The notes below the pieces were generated by a model. It was given only the letters and a program-made list of their open reading frames with translations, was not told where the DNA came from and ran no database searches. This document shows positions 38,314 to 51,976 of a DNA stretch of 64,000 nt, piece after piece (the stretch's first letter is position 1; every line of letters begins with the position of its first letter). This stretch comes from Octopus sinensis (taxonomy: Eukaryota). A program made the translations under genes and the position numbers. The stretch is from assembly GCF_006345805.1 (NCBI RefSeq), contig NC_042997.1, positions 31,620,001-31,684,000 of the forward strand, written 5' to 3'.

Positions 38314-41063
38314 TGGGCACGGCTAAACAAAAAGCTAGCTTTGCTAATCGCTAATCCGTTAACTGATACAGTTAGCTTTATAAACGCTAAACTGCTAAAC
38401 AGGTAAATGAAATTTGCGGAAGCTAACGCCAACTGATAACCGCTAACTTATCTTCGGAACTTATCTTCGGTTGGGCTTATTGGCTCGAAAACCCTTAGAA
38501 GCAGATCAAGAGAGCTGAAATTTTAATGTATCTTAAACATAGAGCTTTCCAAAAAGTAGTGTATGCCAAGATCAGATGATCAAGATGAACTCAAATAATT
38601 AGATGAACAAATGAAATTAAACATTAGTTTTTCAGTCAACACACTTTATTTACTGTACAAAAAATATTCAACAAATCAAAACGGTATAGCATAGCATAGG
38701 TATCATGCCGTGGTCAAATGGCGGTGCATCAGTATGACCCGCAGCTCTGACCTGAAACTAGAGAGAAAATAAAAGCTGTACTATTCTGACTAGACCATCT
38801 CCATCGCCTCAATATGATGCTGGTTGCCCTTGATAAACACCAGCCTCTCAAAGTTACCATTAGATTGGGTGGCTTTCTTGGCCCTCAAAATCTCTTTGCC
38901 TTTAGAGAATAGGCGCTCAACTGCAGCACTGGATGGGATGGCGGTGATATACTTGGTGATCAAGACCTGCTCACCCAAAAAGGCGACTTCAAGACGGCCT
39001 CCAGCCAGGTCTTCACCAATTTCTGCGTCCTGAACTTCAGTGACCTGTGGCTCCTGCTCTCCCAGAACCGAGTGATGTTGCTGAAGAAATCATCTTCCTC
39101 TTCCTAATTGCTGATGGTGCTGCTACCGTCCTCACTGGTCTCCATTAGAGCTGTCACTACGACAACTCCAATGGCATTCGTTACTCTGCAAACCTGGCTC
39201 TTATTATACTGCTCCAGCCAGAATAGGCGAAACTTGGGGTGGAAGGCTGAAGTCAGCTGACACTCCAGATCTTCTAGGAGGAGCCCAAAGTTTTCATGAT
39301 GCCTGCCAGTATCGCGTCTACCAAGGGACTGCAGTAGAGGAGCTGTTTGGACTTAGCCTCCTTCAACTTCATGACGAAACAGCTACAGTTGGAAGAAGGC
39401 TACCGAGATAGGACTGGTCTTCCCCTTGGATTTTATCCAAGGCCTTGACAATATTAGACATCACCTGGGTGTACTCCATCAGGAAGCCGACATCAGAATT
39501 AGTGAAGTAGTGAATGTCTGCAGCTTCAGCTGTGTCATCACCCTGTGGACAGCTCTCCTATTCATATCCAGCCGATTACTGAGGATAACAACAGAATCAT
39601 AGGTAGAGTTCCATCTGGTACTGTTGGCGACTATCAGCCTCCTCTTCAATGCGTCCAGAATGCAGTCTGCACATTCCACAGCCGCTGTGCCTTGGATATG
39701 ACCAACCTTCAGGCCGACTTGAACAAAGCGCTGTCAAAAGCCTTGTCGGCATCCATGCCGGCTATCATGTTGAAAGTATGGGCTGCTACGCACTTCATTT
39801 GCACTGGCAGTTTGAGACCCATGCCGCTGGACTTGTCAAGGACTGCATCAATAGAGATGTATTCAACTTCGTCCACATCCCCAGTCTCAGGATCCACGTC
39901 AGGTCCACATCCTAGACGCCCTCCACGTCCGGATCGGCAGCAGCCTCAGGAATGTCTGACAAGAGTTCAACTTCTGTACCAAACTGCAAAAATGCATTGA
40001 CAAATTTTTTTGCCGTTGCCCGTCATGGTCTTGGTCACCTTGTCTTGCACATGGAACATGTAATGTATCCACTATGGCCTAGGCGAGAACATCAAGAGTG
40101 TGATGTCCACCGCGCCGAGAGCAAGCCTGGACGGCGTGTTGTCTCTTGTGGATTTTGGGGTCCAGCTAGTGTACCGTCATCCCCAGATAGAACCTGTTGT
40201 TGACCGACCAGCAGCCCACGGTGGTTGCCATCCAGGGGACATGCTTCAGCCATCTGTAATTAATAAATGTTGAATTGTAGACAGACATAAGTTGTAAAGT
40301 TAAAAACTTGAAATTTTTGAGGAAGTTGGCCGCAGTCAAATGACTGAAACAAATAAAAGAATAAAAGAAAAGAATTATATATATATATATATATTAGTAC
40401 CGGTATTGCTAGAAATAAAAGTAAAAATACGACTCGGATATCCACACAATGAATTGACGAAGAGCGAAGGACGAGCTAGAGCACTTTTCTATGGTGAGAT
40501 AATAGTTTTCGACTCTAATTTCTAGCAATGCCGGTACAAGTTTGTACCCTTGTTTATTAACTTGCCTTTAGGTTTTAATTGCAAAAGGGTCACCTATATT
40601 ATAATATATTTGATATATATTATTTCATTGTATTTAAACTATACTCTTCGACCGTTTTGAATTAGCGCTAGCTTTCAACAGCTTTTGTCATGAGTTGAAC
40701 GAGGCGAGCTATCCCTTTTAACTCTGATGAGAACTAAGATTATAATGATGAGAGTTCGAAATCACGTGAAATGGATATATCTACTTACTTCATTTTGTGA
40801 GTTTATCTGACTATAAAAGGTGCTTTAGCTCGCTCGCCCTCTTTTCGTCAGTTCATGAGGTTAGTGCTTTGTGTAGCTATTCTAGTCGTTTTAGCCTCTT
40901 ATTTCTAGCAATGCCGACACTAATTTGTACCTTTGTTTATTAACTTATCTTTAGGTTGTAATTGCTAACGGGCCATCTATATTATTATATATTTAATTAT
41001 ATCATAGTATTTTATTATAGTTACGTATATATATATATTTACGTATATATATATTATAATATA

Positions 41064-41141
<78 letters not shown>

Positions 41142-42185
41142 CGCAAAGTAATGATCAAGGCCTGAAAAAAAAGCAGCCACTCAGTCGTATCTCTTCGCAA
41201 GCTGCAATGATTTATGTGAGCAGGTAGTTTGTACAATTTGTCGCGGGTAAGAAGGCGGCAGACCCTAAATTCATGGAAATATTGCGTATAATTTTAATTT
41301 ATTAATAGCTTGTAAGGTACTTCTTCAGCCGTTTATGGCTGACCAAGATCATCCTGCCTAGGGTGCGGTGAGACACCGATGTCTTACTGGGGTTCAGCGT
41401 CTTGATCAGACCGACAAAGGTGAGGGCTCCACTACATGCAGTGATAGCATGTTGTTGAACAAACAGGTCTACAATCTTTCTGTCCACCATAGACTGACGG
41501 ACACTAGTGCCAGCAGTTTGAGCAAATGGCTCGCAATGCTGGGCTGGCATGCTCTCTTTGCACATGGCTGCAACGACTGGCTACTGGCAATGCTACCAGA
41601 AGATTGCCTGTTTCCCACGGGCTGACACATGACGCACCGGATGAATAAGATTTTGGCGTTCCTCTTACTCCTTTACGTAAGGACAAGGTACCGTTCCAAG
41701 TCGGGTCACGGGTTTTGAGAATTCTGGCTCTCAACCTGAGCGAGCCCTGCCTCACCCACAGCAGACACTTCAACAACCCTTCATCCTCAGGCCGAACAAA
41801 AAGGTTTTCACCTTCCATAACGATAAACTTGATAATGACAACTTGATAAGCCGATGGCGTACACTGTTGTCGATGACACTGTAAGACTGCCTGTAGTGTG
41901 ACAACGTTATGAGTGAACACAACCCAAAACTGCAGAATTACACAATGCTGGTGCATTGAGCAATCACGCGATGTCACATGTACACGTAGTCATTCAATAC
42001 GGTGCTTGACGGATTCTGCGAGACAGCCCCACAACAGACATGAACAAACGTATGAATTTTGTTAACAGCGGAATTAATTGGTCTGCTAACGGTTCCCAAA
42101 GTTAACGATAACGTTAATCCGCTAAGAGGAAAGTTAGTTCCGCCAATTAGCTCTTGGTGGATTAGCGGATCCGTGCCCACCACTA
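38314..42185 (-). mobile_element. Decayed hAT DNA transposon with interrupted transposase
   Basis: Termini share tgggcacgg in inverted orientation with GCTAA-rich subterminal arrays. Minus-strand fragments: RCVMCQP (BED-like), TTVGCWS..YLGMTVH, TGN..FVNAF, CVAAHTFN, STRWNSTY, PSSAAVERLFS (hATC). Confidence 0.9.
40397..40982. mobile_element. Inverted/direct-repeat element nested in the hAT, with a hammerhead-like core
   Basis: 20 bp IR 40397-40416 / 40518-40537; direct repeat 40518-40600 vs 40901-40982; CTGATGA-GAACT..AGTTC-GAAA at 40724-40761. Confidence 0.55.
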
Positions 42186-42204
42186 TATATATATATATAT
42201 ATAT

Positions 42205-42287
<83 letters not shown>

Positions 42288-42324
42288 TGTATGTAGGTTT
42301 TTTGTGGGTGGGAGCTATAGACGC

Positions 42325-42705
42325 AGACGTGAATCTGTGGTAAAGCTAGCCAATCACATGGTTCCGGGTTCAGCCCCACTGCGATGTACCTTGGGCAAGT
42401 GTCTTCTGCTCAAGCCTCGGGCCGTTAAGACTTTGTGAGTGGAGTTGTTTGAAGGAAACTGAACGAAGCCCGCCGTAAATATATATATACACACACATTT
42501 GTGTATGGGTGTATGTATTCGTTTGTATCTGTTTTTGTCCCCCACCGGTGCTTAACAACTGGTGTTAGCCTATTTATGTCCACGTAACTTAGCAGTCCAG
42601 GAAAGAGACCGATGAAATAAGTACCATCCTTAGAAAAATATAGACTGGGCCAATTCCTTGACTAAAATTTTCAAGGCAGTGCCTCAGCATAGCCGCAGTC
42701 TAATA
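42325..42705 (+). mobile_element. Family A SINE (diverged)
   Basis: cacatggttccgggttcag..accttgggcaagtgtcttc..gcagtgcctcagcatagccgcagtc. Confidence 0.8.
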
Positions 42706-43205
42706 CATATATATGTCAGATCCCTTATTCTGAAGTAAGTATTCGGTATCAATGATCGGTAAGCTATTCTGGGGATTGAACTTGCGCTTCACTTGACCAC
42801 TGCTTTTATCGGTTACTGGAGTCTCTTCACTTGAATATGCAATCAAACTGATAATCTGCAATAAATATAGCCACTACATAAAATTAATAGCAGCGAAATA
42901 TTTTCTTAAAAAGGTTACAACACAAAAAATATTAAATACAATAAAAGAAACGGTAGTTATTATTTAGATGTCGATAATAAAATCTATACAGGAAAATATC
43001 TGGTATAATTTAACAGAATATAAGAAGAAAATACGCAATATACATATATACATACCTACATATAAACATATATACATATATAGGTATATGTATGCATGAT
43101 GTATATATGTATACATACACACACACATATATATATGAACGTATAAATATATATCTATACATGCAATAAACAGATACATTCATATGTACCCCCCCACACA
43201 CAATA

Positions 43206-43241
<36 letters not shown>

Positions 43242-44929
43242 TGTATATGTATGTAAATATATACACACAGATACGTACCCGCATATTTACATACACAAAT
43301 ATATAAATCTGAATTTATACATGCATGCATCAATATATTCATACGTACACACGTACAAACATACATATATACATACATGTATAAACACATACATACATAT
43401 ATACACACACGTGTTTCTATATATATGTATGTATATATGCTTGCCTGTATGTATGTATGTATGTATGTATGTATGTATGTATGTATGTATGTATGTACGT
43501 ACGTATGTATGTATGTATGTATGTATGTATGTATGCATGTATGTATGTATATATGTATTATGTATGTGTGTGTGTGAGTGTGAGTGTCAATTAAACCTTT
43601 TAATATGGCGTTGATTTTTTTAGCAGAAACTCATCTTATTGTAGTATGCATTTCATCTTATATTTTTTTTCTTTCCATCATTTCCTCTGCCATTTATTTA
43701 ACCAAAGTGGTTGGCTTACTTAGCCCTTAGTCAATATAGTTGATCAATTGTTCTTTCAGGAAATCTTTTCAGTTGGTCAGCTGGAATCCTGACCCTATGG
43801 TCAAACCTTTTTGCGGTTGAGGTAGCCTACAGTCACGTAGTTTGTGATGAAAATTGTCTTGTTTTCTCGAAACAAAATACTTGGAGTGTGTATGAGGCTT
43901 AATCGTCAGCTTAAATAATAGAGTGAGTCAAGAAAAATATTATGAGGAACAAAAATAGTAAAAACAAATATCACCGCAACCACCAGCACCACCAACGCCA
44001 CCACCACCACCACCACCACCAATTACACTAATACTGATGATGGTGCTGATGGTAATGATGATGATGATGAGGTGGAGGAGGAGCAGGAGGAGGAGAAAGG
44101 AAGAGGAGGATGGACAAAAAATTGTATTGAGGATATTTTTGTACAAATGTATATTTGTACGTATATGTGTGTATGTGCGTGTGTGTGTGCGTGTGCATGA
44201 GTGTGTGCATGTGTGCATGTGTGTGCGCACGTGTGTGTGTATGTGTGTGTGTGTGTGTGGTGCGTGCGTGCGTGTGCGTGCGTGTGTGTGTGTGTGTGAA
44301 CATGCATGTGTGTCTACGTATGTATGTGTTATATATTTGTTTGTTTGCTCGTCTGCTTGCATGAACATTATCGATAAATAAACGAAATCACTCATGTGTG
44401 TGTTAGTGTCTGTGTGTGTGTGTGAGTGTGTGTTACAATAAAAATAAAGAAAACTAAAACCAGATAAGGTCAGACGTGAAATAAGTCCGAGAATTGGATT
44501 TCTCCGTCAATGTTTTTAGCTAGAATGTTTTTCCTACACAAGCACTTTGCTGAAATTACTTGGCCATCTTTCGCATTTAGTTATTTAACAAACACAGAAT
44601 TGTGATCTGATATTTTCCAAAACACCTCAGTTTTACAACTTGCTGTTTCTGGATTAATCTAAAAAATACTCCGTGTAGGTTGTTTATTTTATTTTATTTT
44701 ATCAACGATTATTTATTTATTTATTTAGATTTACTATTATTTTGCGTTGCGTTTTTCCTTTTTGGTTTCTGTTTTGCGTGGTGTTTCGCGTTCTGTACTT
44801 CTCATATATCCGAACCATTATAACATTATATATATGGGCATTAATGTAAATTTTTCTGCGTGTTTGTGTTGATAGGTATGTATGTGTGTATATAACATAA
44901 ATATATGTATATATATGTATATATATACT

Positions 44930-44966
<37 letters not shown>

Positions 44967-45137
44967 TATATATAATATATATATATATATATGGCTGTTT
45001 TTGTATATGTCGAATAGTGTTATAATACATCCTTTTGATGTGTGTATATATATATATATATATACATATATACATACATACATACATACATACATACATA
45101 CATACATACATACATACAATACATGCATACGTACATG

Positions 45138-45950
45138 CAGGGGTTGGACAAAATAATGGAAATACCTGTCTCAAAAGTAATGACAGCCTTTGAGAAAGAG
45201 AAAATGCCTTCTTTGTGAAACAAAATTCCGGAGAAAACCAAAACTTTCAGATAGGGACTGTCGGACTCTTACAAGAATTGTTAGAAAGGATCATAAAAGT
45301 ACAGCTCCCAAAATTACTGCAGAGCTTCATGACCACCTCAAGAACCCAGTTTCGACAAAAACTGTTTACCGGGAGCTGCACAAAGCCGGATTTCATAGGA
45401 GGGCTGCAATCAGAAAACTACTACTTTCAAAAACAAACGTTGCAGAACGTTTAGAATGGCGTAAAAACCTACAGAATTAGTCCCTAGATCAGTGGAAGAA
45501 GATTACTTTCTCGGACGAGTCATCCTTTATCTTATTTCCGACCACCGGCCGAGTATACGTGTGGAGACGCTCAAAAGAAGCATTTGAACCAGGATGATAA
45601 TGCAGCAATTCACATAGCTAAAGTTGTTACTGAATGGCACGAGGAACATGCAGTGAAGTTGAACATCTTATCTGGCCCCCACAGTTCCCAGATCTCAATA
45701 TTATTGACCATTTATAGTGCCTTGTAGAAAAACAAATAAGGAGTCGATATCCTCCACCATCATCACTACAAGAACTGGAGACTATTTTAGCTGAAGAATG
45801 GACAAAAATTCAATTGGAAACAATTCAAATTTTGTACGAGTTCATACCGTAGAATTCAAGTAGTAATTACTGCTAAAGGTGGTCCTACCCCGTATTGAAA
45901 TAAATTTGTTTGAAATTTTAAGGTGCTTCCATTATTTTGTCCAACCCCTG
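45138..45950 (+). mobile_element. Internally deleted Tc1-like transposon
   Basis: 30 bp TIRs caggggttggacaaaataatggaa..acct (28/30), TA on the right flank. Transposase remnants RKPKLSDRD..VSTKTVYRELHKAG, FSDES, DNAAIH, DLNII, AKGGPTPY. Confidence 0.93.
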
Positions 45951-45997
45951 TATATATATATATATAATATATATATATATTATAAATATATATATGG

Positions 45998-46031
<34 letters not shown>

Positions 46032-46689
46032 ATGTATGTATGTATATGCTATCATCACCATCAAACTTCATTAACTGCGACAGCAGAAGGGGTAGCATCT
46101 GCGAACGGTGTCTTAACTATGAACAGCGATATCGTTGTACTGGTCGTTGTCGAAATCATCATCATCATCATTACCGTCAATGTCATCATTATAATGTCGT
46201 ACAGCTTTTCCATGTTATCACCTTAAACACTATTGTGGTCCCTATATTTCTAGTCATCATTATCATCAACATTGTTGCCCTAATAGTATTCTTCATCGTC
46301 ATCATTATTACTACTGTCACTTTCATCATTATCGTCGTGGTCATCGTCATCATTATCATTATCTTCATTATTATTATCGTCATTGCTATCTTCATCACCA
46401 TTACCATTCACACTGGCATAACATCGTCCATCTTCGTTTTCCCATTCCTATTTCCTAATGACCATGTTAATGATGATATTCATCATTAATTAATCCCAAT
46501 TTTCGTCACCATTCCACCACCAACCCATCTTCATCGTATCATCCTGATCTTCATCATTTATCAAGAAAACGAAAGAGAATAGGGAAAAAAAGAATAACAA
46601 TGAAGAAAAGTTGGGTATGCGTTGAATAGAAGGGGAAGGGCATTCAGGGGTTGAATAATAGAGGAATAATAATAATAATAATAATGATA

Positions 46690-46757
<68 letters not shown>

Positions 46758-46759
<2 letters not shown>

Positions 46760-46918
46760 GACGGGTTTCTTTCAGTTTCCGTCTACCAAATCCACTCACA
46801 AAGCTTGGTCGATCCGAGTCTATAGCAGAAGACACTTGCCCAAGGGGACACAGATTGGGACTGAACTCGGAAGAATGTGGTTGGGAAGCAAGCTTCTTAC
46901 CACACAGCCATATCTCGA

Positions 46919-46956
<38 letters not shown>

Positions 46957-47270
46957 TATATATATATATACATATATATATTATATATATACACATACAT
47001 ATATACATATATATGTGTGTGTCTGTGTGTGTGTAGAGAGAGAGAGAGAAGAGAGAGATCTCTGTATCAGTCTGTGCCTGTTTTTATCCGTCACCATCAC
47101 TTAACAACCGGTGTTGCTGTGTTTACGTCCACGTAACTTAGCGATTCGGTAAAAACACATCGATAGAATGAGTACCAGGCTTTAAAGGAAAATGCTACTG
47201 GAGTCGATTCGTTCGACTAAAATCCTTCAAAGGCGGTGCCCCAGCATAGCCACAGTCTAATCACTAGAAG
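46758..47270. mobile_element. Family A SINE halves in opposite orientation
   Basis: 5' half on the minus strand 46758-46920 between two (TA)n tracts; 3' half on the plus strand ~47070-47270. Confidence 0.75.
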
Positions 47271-47733
47271 AAGTAATAAAGAAAAAAAAGTAAAGACATG
47301 TAAAGTGTGCAATAATCTACAAATATCCGGAAAATTAATCTGAGCAGGAGGTGAACACACGGAAAAAAATAAAATAAATGATGATACTAAGACAGACAAC
47401 CACTTAAGATAAATACCACAAGTGCGAGGTAAGCCGACTAGTCAAGAGATACAGAGGTAAAGTTTTATATCCGATACTTAAATATTAGGCACGGCCTTGC
47501 TGAAAGCGCTTAATCCGTGAAACACGATCACCTCCCTAAGATTCGTAAAATCTTAGCGAGTGTAAACACGGCGTAATCTCAGTGTTTACTTGTATAATTG
47601 ATTATTTTCTTGTTTATACGCACGCACGATTATATGCAGACCGGGTGTGGGTGCGCTCAAAAATTTCAGACATTTGCCTTCTATTTACGGCCTAGCTGTG
47701 TGTCTGTCTATTTATCTATTTATGTATCTATCT

Positions 47734-47772
<39 letters not shown>

Positions 47773-47834
47773 CATATATCTGTAAATGTAATATGTGACA
47801 ATTATTCGGTAATATAATCGCCATGTTGATTCGT

Positions 47835-48026
47835 TAGTTACAGCACGCATTTTTTTTCTCTCCTTCTTTCTGTGTTTTTTTTTCTCTGTGTATCTTTCTG
47901 TTGAAGAGCGTAGGCTCGAAACGTTAAAGACTTGTTTTATTATATTTCCTGAGCGCCATACTAATACAATTGTTGTTTGTTTTCCACCTGCCTTCGTCTT
48001 TTGTTTATTTTCATAAAGCTTCCCGT

Positions 48027-48030
<4 letters not shown>
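47835..48030 (+). mobile_element. Hammerhead-bearing short element (family E) ending in (TA)n
   Basis: 47893-47930 tcttt-CTGTTGA-a-gagc-gtag-gctc-GAAA-cgtt-aaaga (5 bp stem I); second copy at 48315-48490. Confidence 0.75.
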
Positions 48031-48119
<89 letters not shown>

Positions 48120-48120
<1 letters not shown>

Positions 48121-48300
48121 GGTCAATGCAATTAAACGGGTAAAATTAACAGACGACAAGAGGACGTGCACAGGAAATGTATAAGCTTGACGCCCGATGG
48201 AATGAGAGACGTTGACGTTTCGAGCATAGCTCTTCGTCGGAATGGGAAAAGGCATAAGTCCAAAGATGGAAAAGTTAACAGCCCGTGTGTAGTTCATGAT
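48120..48300 (-). mobile_element. Hammerhead-bearing short element (family G)
   Basis: 48210-48244 minus strand catt-CCGACGA-a-gagc-tat-gctc-GAAA-cgtc-aacg. Confidence 0.65.
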
Positions 48301-48314
48301 AGATCGTTAGCTCC

Positions 48315-48490
48315 TACACGCATGTTTTTTCTCTCCTTGTTTTTTTCTGTGTATCTTTCTGTCGAAGAACGTAGGCACGAAACGTAAAAGACTTGTTCTA
48401 TTTCTATTCCTGAGCGCCATACTAATACATTTGTTTGTTTGTACCCCACCTGCCTTCGTCTTTTGTTTATTTTTGTAACTTCCCGTTATA
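48315..48490 (+). mobile_element. Second family E copy, stem II disrupted
   Basis: Homologous to 47835-48030; tcttt-CTGTCGA-a-gaac-gtag-gcac-GAAA-cgta-aaaga. Confidence 0.7.
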
Positions 48491-48501
48491 TATATATATA
48501 C

Positions 48502-48552
<51 letters not shown>

Positions 48553-48556
<4 letters not shown>

Positions 48557-49177
48557 TATATAAAAGGGCTTAGTAAAATAAATTACTTGCCGCATACTGA
48601 ACTCATTAGAAATAGCAGCTAAAAAAACTTTTTTAAGGCTATTTCTAATACTTAAAGAAATTCTCTCATATTAGTGTTTGCATAATTAACTCACAAAAGT
48701 TTGGGGGTAATGACATCGAAAATCAAATGCTAAGGTTATTCGAGAACGTACGTTTCAAGATTAGTCAAAAACAACATTTCTATCATCGGCTCGGAAATTC
48801 CTTGGTTTGGATTTGGAAACACTGAAAAAAGAACATACCCTCTCGAAGATCTGCTCCCAACTAACAGTGTCAACAAATTCAAAATAAGCAGTGAAGAATC
48901 TCTGTTCTCCCCTTTCACCAGCGTGGGTTAAAATCATCAAAATCTATGCTTATTTCGGTAAAGTCCGAGCATTAATCAGAGGGAGATTAATTATAATTCA
49001 ACAATTGAGGGCAAAATAATTAATTATAATCAATTTACCAAGTGTTCAGTATGCAAAGGGACCATTCAAGGCGAATTCAAATTATTACATTATATAAAAG
49101 GGCTTAGTAAACTAAGCATACTGAACCACTTGGTGAAATTGATTAATAATTAATTAATTTTGCCCTCAATTGTTGAA
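48553..49177. mobile_element. Element with 25 bp direct and ~60 bp inverted terminal repeats between (TA)n tracts
   Basis: acattatataaaagggcttagtaaa at 48553 and 49087; IR 48997-49054 vs 49116-49177. The pseudo-LTR-like geometry is inferred. Confidence 0.6.
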
Positions 49178-49655
49178 ATATATATATATACATATACACA
49201 TACACATATACACACACATACAGCTATATACATGTACATATCAAACACAAATACACACACATGCATATTATTATAGATCGCTTTCAGCCGATGATTTTGT
49301 ACGTAAGTTAGGGAAAATCTCATCTGGGAGCTTGGTATACTAGCTTTTCTCGTGAGTGCCGTACTGTTCGAGTGAATCATGAGAATTCATATGTTCGGCG
49401 CTGACAGTCTGCGTCATTTGAAGATTATTTGGGTAAACTGTTAGTTTTATATTGTAGAGGTACAACAGGGTGAGAGTTCGCGTGGTAGGCTTCAAAGTGG
49501 TTCCAAGCAAGTTCTCAAGATGCATTTTTGCGAATTCTTGTATCTGTCTCCAATCTCCAAATAAATATTTTTGTCCTTTCATATTAGTCTCTTTTCAGCA
49601 GTACTTAAGCTGCAATTTTTGTTTTCATTTCTTTTAATATTCGATTTCTTGTTGA

Positions 49656-50065
49656 TAGGCGCAGGAGTGACTGTGTGGTAAGTAGCTTGTCTACCAACCA
49701 CATGGTTCCGGGTTCAGTCCCACTGCGTGGCACCTTGGGCAAGTGTCTTCTACTATAGCCTCGGGCCGACCAAAGCCTTGTGAGTGGATTTGGTAGACGG
49801 AAACTGAAAGAAGCCCGTCCTATATATGTATATATATATATGCGTGTTTGTGTTTGTGTGTCTGTGTTTGTCCCCTAGCATCGCTTGACAACCGATGCTG
49901 GTGTGTTTATGTCCCCGTCACTTAGCGGTTCGGTAAAAGATACCGATAGAATAAGTACTGGACTTACAAAAGAATAAGTCCCGGGGTCGAGTTGCTCGAT
50001 TAAAGGCAGTGCTCCAGCATGGCCGCAGTCAAATGACTGAAACAAGTAAAAGAGTAAAAGAGTAA
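49656..50065 (+). mobile_element. Full-length family A SINE
   Basis: Near-identical to 32163-32577. Confidence 0.95.
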
Positions 50066-50124
50066 ACAATAAACTCTGTGTGTGTGTGTGTGTGTCAGAA
50101 GACTTGACTATAATATATATGTAT

Positions 50125-50173
<49 letters not shown>

Positions 50174-50705
50174 TTATGTTGGAATTGGCTATAACGGATT
50201 TTGAAAAACGTTTTAAAATCTATTTATAACTAATCGATTCATTTGTTATTTCATAAATGCAAATTTTATTTTGGTTTTCAAGACTAAAATTAAATTTTTT
50301 GATTATCATTCAATTTACTTTGCCGTGTCACGCTTTGATGAATCTGAAATTAGACAAGTTTATGTTAGTCTACGTTAATCTACCTTTTTTTTTATGCCTA
50401 TGTATTGTTGACAGTTTGACTTTTGACGACGTTTATGTCCCCTGTATCTGCTGGTCGATGACGGCCCTGATTGTGCAAGTCCGGGTCGGTGAATAAGTAT
50501 TCGTTCCCCGCAACAACAGTTTCTGTCCTGCGATCTTGGGGATGTAGGTTTGTGTGATAGGATCCTTTTTTTATGTTTATTGTATATATGTTCAATGCAT
50601 ATGACGTGTGTGTGTATATATATATATATGTATGTATGTATGTATGTATGCATGTATGTATGTATGTATGTATGTATGTATGTATGTATGCATGCATGTT
50701 CTATC

Positions 50706-50753
<48 letters not shown>

Positions 50754-50754
50754 G

Positions 50755-50799
<45 letters not shown>

Positions 50800-50888
50800 C
50801 CGTCTCTCTGTTTCTCTGTCTTTGTCTGGCTATTTGTCTGTCTGTCTGTATGTCTATCTATCCTCTCCCTTTCTCTCTTTAGTTATAG

Positions 50889-50989
<101 letters not shown>

Positions 50990-51029
50990 TATATATATAT
51001 ATATATATATATGTATATCTGTGTATATA

Positions 51030-51215
51030 GTTGATCCAAACATGAAACACAACAACGCGAGGAGGACATAGAACATGTATAGTGTTATTGGAGGCTCAGG
51101 AAAGGAAAAACAGAAGGAGGATTTAACGTTTAGAGCGGAGCTCTTCATCAGAAACATAGAAAAATGGAAGGTCCGAGGAAAGGAAGATGGAGAAAGAAAA
51201 TCGCCAACGATACAC
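51030..51215 (-). mobile_element. Family F hammerhead-bearing element
   Basis: 51121-51155 minus strand gttt-CTGATGA-a-gagc-tcc-gctc-TAAA-cgtt-aaat (G12 mutated); homologous to 16500-16690. Confidence 0.75.
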
Positions 51216-51976
51216 ACGCGGACACACACACACACAAACACATATATATATATCTGCATATATATATATGTGTGTGTGTGTTTACATACACACACACACA
51301 CACATATATTTGTTTACTTATATATATGTATTTGTGCAGTCATGCTTATAACCGCGTGAATCTTTGTGAATCTTGACCGTTTATGTGCATTCCTATTTAT
51401 ATATACATATTTTCACGTGTTTTATGGTTTCATTTATGTACGTACACGCATAGACACACTCACAAAGGTATACTTGTGCTTGAGTGTGTTAATCTTTATA
51501 TCTATATCCCTATATCCATTTCCTTATATATATCCATCAATGATTATATATATATATATACGTATACACACACAAGTACATTATATATAAAGGTGTATTT
51601 GTGCGTGCGTGTGTGTGCTTGCATATATGTATGAATACATGTATCTACACACACACACACACACGCACGCACACACACACACACACCACACTCTCACACA
51701 CACACACACACACATTTACACACACACAGAGTTATTACTTGCTGCTAACTGACTGCAGGACAGCTGACATGAATTTCAGTATTACTTTCTGCCTGACCGA
51801 CCAAATAAACCGGCCGTTTGACATGGAATTGTTAAATTGCCAACATGACATCTTCGACAGCCTTATAAGAGATTCAAGTAATCATAAGATACTTTGTATC
51901 AGTACAATATGTCGTAGAATCCACAACGGACTCCTGTAAATATATATATAGTTGCCTTTCTGTATTTATACATAAA

